Below, one piece after another: positions 9,370-17,700 of a stretch of 27,586 bases of DNA (positions are counted from its first letter, which is position 1; the number at the start of each line of letters is the position of its first letter). The DNA comes from a virus. Its lineage: Duplodnaviria > Caudoviricetes. The translations under genes were made by a program, and so were the position numbers. The notes beneath the pieces were generated by a model. The model searched no databases and was not told the origin of the DNA. It worked only from the letters and a program-made list of their open reading frames with translations. The stretch lies in IMG/VR virus record IMGVR_UViG_3300025853_000518, positions 1 through 27,586 of that record; one strand, 5' to 3'.

Positions 9370-11997
9370 ATGGCTATTGAAGATCCGAACAACACCGGGA
9401 TACAAACCGTAGCCGATAACCAAGAGCAGTTTGATGAGACGCCCTCTTGGTTCAACCCGGACAGTCTAGAAACTGGGGCAAACCTCGGCGTACAGAATAC
9501 GCAAGGACTGTATGGGTACGGTCTGCCGCAGTATGGGGAGTTTACGCCGACTAGCCTGCCGGAAGACTTTGATCCCTACGCCTACGACTTCGAATCGGCA
9601 ACTGATACTTCGTATATGCTCGAAGATCCGGAAGTTCCCTCCGGTCTAACTGAAGTATACGCTCCAACAGAAAGAGATCCATTTAGGAGTGATTGGAACG
9701 AAGCAAGCCTGAGGGAAATTGTAGGCTATGAAGGGGAGCGGTTATCGCCTGAGCAGATGAGTGTTGCTCAAGAGGCTGAGCTTTTTCTTATCTCGCTAGA
9801 GCAGGAAGCACTTGGTCAAGGATTCACGGATGTAAATAGTTTTCTCAGATCTATTGAGCTTAACGATGAAATGTATTTTCGTGCGCTCAAGAATAAAATT
9901 AATGAAAGCTCTGCAATTCTAAACCAGTTTGGCGATCAGTATAGGTTTGAAAGAGCATCAGACGCAGCCGCCCAGATAGGCGAACCGAGAACAGATGCGG
10001 AACGATTTGAGCTAGCTAGACAAACCTTAATCAATCTTGTTTCGCTAGGTGTCTACACAGAAGCAGAAGCTATTGCAATACTTAGCAGCGATGAAGAGAT
10101 ATACAAACTCTTAGGTCAAGAAGCTCCTGAAGTTCCTTCCTTTGGAGAGGTAGAACAAAATTTTATTTACGCACCTTGGGATACGGACAGGCAGTTTGGT
10201 TTCCAGTTCGATCCCAACTCCGGCTCCTTTGTCCCAGCTCTTGACGAGAATCAGTTCATCGCCAGTAACAACGACGGAGAAGAGTTCATTGTTACGCATG
10301 ACCCAAATGACAGGTACTCGATTACTGGTATAGCAAGCCTGAGCGAGTACCCCGATTTTTTTACAGGAGAAACTCAAAGCACGACTGAAGAGCCGAGTCC
10401 GACTGAAGAGCCGAGTCCCGGTCAAGAAGAAACCCCAAACCTTCGATACGCTCCGTGGGATACTGACAAACAGTTTGGCTATACCGTATCCAGTGGAGTT
10501 CCTCAGTTATCTCTTTCTGCTAACCAAGAAATAATGACAGATACGAGAGGCAGGAGCGTACTCTATACATTCGACGATAACGGTCGACCTGCTTCTGCGG
10601 TAGATGTAACCGACTTGCAGTCTCTCCTCTTGGGAAACAAACCTCCCAGTATCGCAACTTATAACTATGGCGATGGCGATCAGGGCGGCGATGGTGACGT
10701 AACTCAAACTCCGCCCACAGGTGGAGGGTTAGTTAATGTTATCGGTGGTCCGTTAGATCCTATGGAAATGCCTGTCTTCGCCGGGAGTAACGATTACGAT
10801 TTTGGATCTGATTTAGATAACTTTCCATCTTCAGTTTTGAAATTGTTTACAGGTGATGAACCTGAATTAAATCTCCAATCTCTTTTATCTACAAACTTTA
10901 ATTCAGATCCAATACTAAATGAAAATTTTACCAAGGTGTCCAAAGAGCAATACGACGCGAGCGACAGCCCGAAGACGACAACTCAAACACTAGTTCCATA
11001 TGGCATAAATGACTATTACTATGAAACTGAATACTATGTATTTGAAGGCTCGCCAGAAGAACTAAGTCAAATAAACTACGAACAGCAAAATCTAGTAAAT
11101 TTCTCAGGAGACGGGGATAACTTTACAGGGATTAACTCTTCGTTCCAAGAGGAAATGTTTAACGAACTTGTTCAAAATTATGTAGGCGGTAGGGGATCAC
11201 GAAGATCTAGGAACTTAGGCGGAAAGTATATACCTGCATGGTCTTCTGATATATTTACAGATAACGATTTCATAGAATCTATGATCGTTTCCCTTGATGA
11301 ATATATGGACGTAACTGGAGTTCCGTTCGAATCAATTCTTAGATCCTCTCATGAAGATATAAATTCGGGATTTGATCCTGAGAATCCGGACACCTTTGAC
11401 ATATCTCATTTTATGTTCGGAGATGAAGAGTCTGGTTGGGATGGATACTACGATACTTTCGCTCAACTTGTCAGAGACAGTGGTGGATCTGTAGGTACAG
11501 AACAAGATCTTAATCAGATAGTTCCGTTGGAAAGACTTGCTCTGCTGGCGTCCTTTTCATTACAGCCTATAGACAGATTAATGAGCCCCATAGTCAATGA
11601 GAGAATGGGCGGTGAAGTTCAGGACGTAACGACTTCTTTAACGCAAGAATTCTTAAACCGTTATGGACCGTATGAACCACCTCAGTTTGTGCAAGACTTA
11701 AACGCTATCAACATGAAAGCTGGTGGTGGCTACATCGGTGGATTCGATGGCGGCATGGACGACACAATATCTACAACGATAGATGGGAGCGACCCAGCTG
11801 CATTATCAAGTGGAGAGTTCGTCATTCCCGCAGATGTTGTCTCCCACTTAGGCGATGGCAACAATCAAAATGGAGCAGCAAAGCTGTATAACTTCTTGGA
11901 TCAGGTCAGGGTAAATAAGACCGGATCAGTAGAGCAGCCTGCCCCTATAAACGATGGTATCATGTCTAACATGATTGGAGATAATTATGGGTTCTAG
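9370..11997 (+). CDS. Acidic internal virion protein with conserved C-terminal GEFVIPADVVS domain
   Basis: 875 aa and very D/E-rich. The C-terminus reads GGMDDTI.TTIDG..PA.LSSGEFVIPADVVSHLGDGN...GA.KLY..LD.VR..KTG. SD AGGAG at 9359-9363. Confidence 0.65.
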   Translation: MAIEDPNNTGIQTVADNQEQFDETPSWFNPDSLETGANLGVQNTQGLYGYGLPQYGEFTPTSLPEDFDPYAYDFESATDTSYMLEDPEVPSGLTEVYAPTERDPFRSDWNEASLREIVGYEGERLSPEQMSVAQEAELFLISLEQEALGQGFTDVNSFLRSIELNDEMYFRALKNKINESSAILNQFGDQYRFERASDAAAQIGEPRTDAERFELARQTLINLVSLGVYTEAEAIAILSSDEEIYKLLGQEAPEVPSFGEVEQNFIYAPWDTDRQFGFQFDPNSGSFVPALDENQFIASNNDGEEFIVTHDPNDRYSITGIASLSEYPDFFTGETQSTTEEPSPTEEPSPGQEETPNLRYAPWDTDKQFGYTVSSGVPQLSLSANQEIMTDTRGRSVLYTFDDNGRPASAVDVTDLQSLLLGNKPPSIATYNYGDGDQGGDGDVTQTPPTGGGLVNVIGGPLDPMEMPVFAGSNDYDFGSDLDNFPSSVLKLFTGDEPELNLQSLLSTNFNSDPILNENFTKVSKEQYDASDSPKTTTQTLVPYGINDYYYETEYYVFEGSPEELSQINYEQQNLVNFSGDGDNFTGINSSFQEEMFNELVQNYVGGRGSRRSRNLGGKYIPAWSSDIFTDNDFIESMIVSLDEYMDVTGVPFESILRSSHEDINSGFDPENPDTFDISHFMFGDEESGWDGYYDTFAQLVRDSGGSVGTEQDLNQIVPLERLALLASFSLQPIDRLMSPIVNERMGGEVQDVTTSLTQEFLNRYGPYEPPQFVQDLNAINMKAGGGYIGGFDGGMDDTISTTIDGSDPAALSSGEFVIPADVVSHLGDGNNQNGAAKLYNFLDQVRVNKTGSVEQPAPINDGIMSNMIGDNYGF
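10382..10418 (+). repeat. Exact 18-bp tandem duplication (GACTGAAGAGCCGAGTCC x2) encoding TEEPSP x2
   Basis: Bases 10383-10400 and 10401-10418 are identical. Confidence 0.95.
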
Positions 11998-12898
11998 CGG
12001 CGGCGGCGGTACGCAAAGAGTTATCCAAGATCTTCCCTCTTGGTCTAAGCCGTATTGGGAAGGTATCGCAGCTACTGGCAAGGGCATTGCCAATCAGAGG
12101 TACTCGCGATATCCGGGCCAACGGGTTGCTGGGTTTTCGCCGATGGAGCTTCAAGCGTTCGGCGGCGTACAGTCCCTCTATGACCAAGGGGCCAGACCTG
12201 AGCTTGCCCAGTCTAGAGGTATTGCCTCTCAGGCTTCGAGAGTAGGATTTGATACGCCTACATTCCCTGCGATGTCTCAGCAATACATGAACCCGTACCT
12301 TGAAAACATACTCGGTCTCGGAAGAGAGAGAATGATGGAAGACTATCAAGGTGCGCTGAATCAGTCCAGAAGAAATGTATCTGACGCTGCGATAGCTGCC
12401 GGGGCAGTGGGCGGAAGAGGAACTTTAATGGGGGCGAGAGAGGCTGGAGCTATTTCCGATGAAGCCTTTCGAGCAATGAGAGAGTTCGAAGCTGACACAA
12501 GATTCAGAGCGTTCGATCAAGCCCAACAGGCTTTTGCCCAAGATGTTCAGAATAGACAGTCTGGAGCAAGGCTTGGACTGGACGCATCGGCACAGCTCCA
12601 GAACTTAGCGAACATGCAGCAAACTCAAGCCCTAGAAAGAATAAACGCATTGCAGCAAGCGGGAGTTCGAGGCAGGGAAATGGAACAGGCCATACGGGAT
12701 CAGGCATACCAAGACTTTGTTGAGCGCAGAGATTGGAAACGAAACCAGCTTAACTACTTCGCCTCCCTGTTGTCTGGAACTCCTTACGCAACGGCAATGA
12801 ACCAAGCGACCAGAACGCCGGGTCCGAGCGCGGGTCAGATTGCAGGCGGTTTAGGCATAGCAGGTATCGGCGCTCTCGGCAGCTACCTCGGATCTTAA
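11987..12898 (+). CDS. DNA ejection / pilot-like internal virion protein
   Basis: Starts MGSSGGGG, has Y.GQRVAGFSP and YMNPY motifs, a Gln/Ala-rich helical body and a hydrophobic GQIAGGLGIAGIGAL C-terminus. ATG 11987 follows GGAG (11977-11980) and is preferred to the track TTG at 11975. Confidence 0.7.
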   Translation: MGSSGGGGTQRVIQDLPSWSKPYWEGIAATGKGIANQRYSRYPGQRVAGFSPMELQAFGGVQSLYDQGARPELAQSRGIASQASRVGFDTPTFPAMSQQYMNPYLENILGLGRERMMEDYQGALNQSRRNVSDAAIAAGAVGGRGTLMGAREAGAISDEAFRAMREFEADTRFRAFDQAQQAFAQDVQNRQSGARLGLDASAQLQNLANMQQTQALERINALQQAGVRGREMEQAIRDQAYQDFVERRDWKRNQLNYFASLLSGTPYATAMNQATRTPGPSAGQIAGGLGIAGIGALGSYLGS

Positions 12899-12908
12899 GG
12901 GTAACATC

Positions 12909-14735
12909 ATGACTGCAAATTTATTACAGCTACAAGAAATGCTTCGCAATCTAGACATGCCTTCTGTTCAGAAGGTTGCCTCCGGTGAGTCGGGTAGAGC
13001 GGCTCAGATTCTAGGCATGGATGAGATCAAAAGAAGAGCCGAGATGTTGGGCGAAATGGAAGCCAAGCAGGGTGAAAGGCAGATGCAAGAGCCCGCCTTG
13101 GTAGATCAATATCTCGCAATGTCTCAGCAGATCATGGGCCAACCTGCACAATTAGCGCCCCAAGCTCCACCGATCCAATCTCAGGGTGGGATTATGGGCA
13201 TGATGCCTCAAGATCAGATGCAGCCTCAGATGGATGCGCCCACTCAAATGATGTACGGAGGAGGAAGCGTCAGGAAATTCCAGACAGGCGGTGGCATACC
13301 CCCTCAAGCTGAGCAGCAAATGAAGTCTTTTAATTTATACAATGCTATTCGTTTAGGTGAATTAGGTGACAAAGAAGAGATTATAAGAAAAATTCAGCAA
13401 GAAGCTATCAGGCAAGGAGTTGATCCAAATCTGGCGGTAGCTACAGCTATGGCTGAATCCGGATTAAAGCCGACGGCAAAATCCCCTAAAGGGGCTCAGG
13501 GGTTATTCCAACTAATGCCCTCAACTCAAGCCGAATTAGGCGTTAGCGATCCGTTCAATGTGGACGAGAATATTGCTGGTGGAGTTTCTTACATAGCTAA
13601 AATGGCTGAAAGGTTTGATCGACCCGAAGACGCAATACGAGCTTACAACTGGGGTCAGGGGAATATGGGTAAATACCTTTCGGGAGATGCGAGCGTTGGT
13701 AGAATTCCGGAAGAAACAAAGGACTACCTAACTAGGGTACAGACTATTGAAAACCTCTTAGGATACAACCCGATTGTTGATGATTACACCCAGACTGCGT
13801 ATAACCCAGATGGTGTCGGCTACTTCCCGGCTCCAGACCTGACAATGCAAAATCCACCAGAATATTCTTGGCTCAGAGGCTATGAGGATCTTGGAATTCC
13901 ACAAGATACTCTCCGTGCTTTGGATCTTGCAGAGCAAACAACACCGGGAGCAGCAACTTCTTATCTAGAAGGCATCTCCAAGAAAAGAAAAACAGAAGAT
14001 CCTGAATTTATCGCTCAAGTTGAGGAAGAAGTTCGAAGGCAAACTCAAGGCGAAAGCACCAAAAACTTTTTGGGATTATTCCCCGGAAGCCCCAGAGAAC
14101 TAAAGGCAGAAGAATTAAGGCCCCAGATCAGAGAAGCCATGCTGGCAGGCCAACCCGTTCCGGGTCGTGCCCAGAATATTGCCGACCCCGGTGAAGACTT
14201 TGCCCCGCCCGGACCTAGCCCGATCACGGAGTACGGAGCAATTAACTTCGACGCACCTGCGGGTAGCGAGGGTAAAAAAGATACGACTACAAAAGACTCG
14301 TCCAACATGCTCAAGTCTGGGAAACTCCAGCCTTTATTTGACGCAATGCTGCGCGGTGGTCTTGAGTTTGCCTCCGGTAAAAACATCGGAGAGGCAGGGA
14401 TCGCTGGTTTAAATCAAGCGACCACTCTTGCTCAGCAAAGAAGAGAGAACGCTAGGAAAAATGCAGCAGAGAAGTTAGCAGAGAGAGTTGGTGAATCTAC
14501 GATAGCGTTAAACGAAGCTAGAGCAGAGAGCCTTGGAAATACATATTATCAAGCTGCCGAGATAGCACAGCGCGTACTATCCAAAGACCCCAACTTCTTA
14601 AGTGCTACGCCAGAAGAACAGCAAAGATTATTATCAGATTTAATATCGTCGATACAGAGTCGTGGACTTGGTGGTGGAATCTCTGGAATCCCAGCTAACA
14701 CCGAAAGATTCAATGCTGCGTTTGGAGCAATGTAA
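12909..14735 (+). CDS. Internal virion protein with soluble lytic transglycosylase (SLT) domain
   Basis: SLT motifs lie at ~13380-13750: GVDPNLA.A.A.AES (catalytic Glu codon 13455), S.KGA.GLFQLMP.T, N..GG..Y, AYNWG.G and ET..Y..RV. The N-terminus is Gln/Met-rich. Confidence 0.85.
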   Translation: MTANLLQLQEMLRNLDMPSVQKVASGESGRAAQILGMDEIKRRAEMLGEMEAKQGERQMQEPALVDQYLAMSQQIMGQPAQLAPQAPPIQSQGGIMGMMPQDQMQPQMDAPTQMMYGGGSVRKFQTGGGIPPQAEQQMKSFNLYNAIRLGELGDKEEIIRKIQQEAIRQGVDPNLAVATAMAESGLKPTAKSPKGAQGLFQLMPSTQAELGVSDPFNVDENIAGGVSYIAKMAERFDRPEDAIRAYNWGQGNMGKYLSGDASVGRIPEETKDYLTRVQTIENLLGYNPIVDDYTQTAYNPDGVGYFPAPDLTMQNPPEYSWLRGYEDLGIPQDTLRALDLAEQTTPGAATSYLEGISKKRKTEDPEFIAQVEEEVRRQTQGESTKNFLGLFPGSPRELKAEELRPQIREAMLAGQPVPGRAQNIADPGEDFAPPGPSPITEYGAINFDAPAGSEGKKDTTTKDSSNMLKSGKLQPLFDAMLRGGLEFASGKNIGEAGIAGLNQATTLAQQRRENARKNAAEKLAERVGESTIALNEARAESLGNTYYQAAEIAQRVLSKDPNFLSATPEEQQRLLSDLISSIQSRGLGGGISGIPANTERFNAAFGAM

Positions 14736-14737
14736 AT

Positions 14738-17700
14738 ATGGCTTGGCTTGAGAACGAACCGAATGGCATAGAGTTGCCCGACGGGAAGGTAATATCGTTT
14801 CCTGCTGGGGTCACGAGAGAGCAGGCTTATCAACAGCTGATGCAGGAGAGACCTGATCTTTTCGAAAAGCCTTCCGGTTTCTTCCCTGCTGCTAGATCTA
14901 CGATCACGCGAATGGCCGGAGCCTTATCTGCGGCACCGTCAACAGTTCTCGGTGGCTTCGGCTCTCAAGAATCTTTAGACGAAGCCGGACGGATATACGA
15001 AGAAACAAACAGAGCAGCTGCGGAGATTCTGCCTGAGCCTGTCCAATACACTGATATCATTGATGATTACGATAAGAAAGGTTTAGCAGACGCAGCAAGC
15101 ACCGCTTGGACATTTGCAAAAGAACAAGTTGGCATATCTACTCCGTACATGCTTCCCGCGATGGCTGCTGGCAAGGTCGGGGCTTCGGATCTTGTAGCTA
15201 AAACTAAACTAGGACAAAAAGTTGGCGCTGGCCTTGCTAGGCTTCTGCCTGTTCTCAGGGCTGGAGCAACCGCTTCGCCTCATCCTTTAGTGAAGGCTGG
15301 GTTTGGTGCAGCTTTCGCTATCGGAACTCTCGCCACTCAATTCTTTGCAGACAACCTTGAGCGACAGTATGAAGTTGCTTCTAAAGGTGGGCAAAAAGAT
15401 GTAACACCGGAAGACATAAACAACTTTGCCGCTGCCGCTGCCGCCGGTCCGCAGGCAGCAATGGACTACATATTCATTGCCTTGACCGGAGGTATTGGTC
15501 GTGGCGCTCAGCTTGCGGCGACCCGGAGCCTTAAGCAATCCCTTGCCGCCACCACCACGCGAGCCGGGAAAGAGACATTATCAAAGACTATCGGCAAGGG
15601 AGCCTTAGAGTCATTAACGGAATTTCCTACAGAGTTGATGCAAACGGTACTCGAAAGAGCGCAAGCTGGCGAGTCTATCAGCTTAGATGATGTTGGATTT
15701 GTTGATGAGATGAAAGCAACTGTAGCCGGAACCATCCCTGTAGTGGGAGTTTTTGGCACTGCCGGTACATACAGGGCTCACAGAGCAAATAAGAAAGCTG
15801 AAGAGAACTGGAATAAAATGTCTGATGCCGAAAGGAGGCTCAGGAAAAGTCAGGACTCTCAGAGGGAAGCTGCTTATCAAGCTGAAATAGAAAGAGCAGA
15901 AAGGATTCAATCGGAGAATGAAAATCGTTGGAGGTTAGCTAACGAAGAAGCTGGCAGAAACAACGATACAGTCAGAATGGCTGGACTTCAGGCTCAAGAG
16001 AACACTCCTGTAGAGATAGCAGATGTCATAGAGGCTGCTGACTCCAGAAACATTCTTACGAATACAGACGGGTTTAGGGCTTTTGTATTACGGCAAACGA
16101 ACGGCAGGACAGCAAACTTAAAAGATACTGACAACAAAGAAAGAAGAAGGATTAGATCGGTACTGTCTGGCCTGAAGGTTCAAGAGTATGTCGAAGAAGA
16201 TGGCGGAGCGGACATGCCTATGTTCACCCGAGCGCAGTTCGATGCTGCCGTGAAGGGAACTCGAAAGGCTAAGTCGATTAATGGAGACACCGTTCGCCAA
16301 GTTCTGGGAATGGGGAACTCCAAGACTGACAGAGCTGTTGCTTCAAGTATTGTTCAAGCGTTAGAGACTAGAGGATACGCTCAAAGAGTTAGTCAGAAAG
16401 ATGGAAGGAAACCTCTAAAGCCCAGAAGAACTCCCTACACAGAGAACCAGTACGAAGAACTTCTTAAAATCGGCCAAGAGAATGGACGAATAACTCAGGG
16501 TGATTTTGAAAGTGTGACTGGTAAGTACGGTTCAGAAACGTACAAGGAGTTTATCTCTGACATGCGGGTCAGGGGAGACCTCCCTAAGACTGATAAAGTT
16601 AAGGGCATGTTTACGCCTGTCACTTATCAGGACATTCAAGAAGCTGATAACGGAAGGGCTTTAAAGGTTGGCGACTACGAAGTCACTACTGAGCCCTCCG
16701 AAGGTTACTTCGTTCGTAACGCGAACGGCGAGATTGTAGACGGTGCGATTAATAGAAAAGAAGCCATCAACTCCGCCAAGCGTTTGAAGCATCGGAGCAG
16801 AAGCTACACCGTAAAGAAAAACGGACAAGAAATAAAAACTTACAAGAACAAAAACAACGCTAAAAGTTTAGCAGAAGAAATTGAAACTTCTGATCCGGGC
16901 GCAAGGGTGGAAGTTTTATCGAATCAGCCTGTTGATTTCACAGTAGACAAGAATAAATCGAGTGGATTCGCAACGATTGAAAGAGTGAACGAGGAGGGGA
17001 GAACAACTTCTGTTCTTGAATACGGATTTGCTCCCGATGAAAACTCCGCAAACATTCTCAGAGACGAAAGAATTTCAGAACTCACTCCCGGTTTAGCTGA
17101 CTGGGATGTTCGAAGTGCTGAAGAAAAATCTCGCGCCCGCGAAAGACTCGCCGGTTTCCTCAGGGCTCGCGGAGCCAGACTAGATCCAGCGTTAAGGGAA
17201 GAGTTCGCGACAGCGGAGGAGCTTCCGAGCTTTGCCCCTGAGAGAAGAATCGAAGGCGATCAAACTCAAAGGAATCAAACGATTCTTAAAGAGCTTGAGC
17301 AAGCCTTAGTTGATGCTGGTGTCAAGAGTGACGTAGCCGCAAAGGTAATCAATGAGTCCGTAAATGCAGAAGGATTCTTTGACCCCAACCTCGGCGGGCT
17401 TCGGACTATTGCAATCAACTTAAACCACCCGACTGTCAGGAATGCGACAACGGATGCAGAGATCCGTCAGGCGGTGAGAGATGTTGTAAATCACGAAGCT
17501 ATCCACGCCATGAGAGATTTAGACTTGTTCACGATGAACGAGTGGAGAGCATTAGTTAATGCGACTTACAGGGTCAAGCGGAGCGACGGTAAGTCATTTA
17601 GCGAATGGGCCGAGGAAACCTATAAAGGCGTAAAGGGTTACGAAACTGAAGAGTCTATTCAGGAAGAAGCTGTCGCCGAAATGTACCGGCAGTTCTATTC

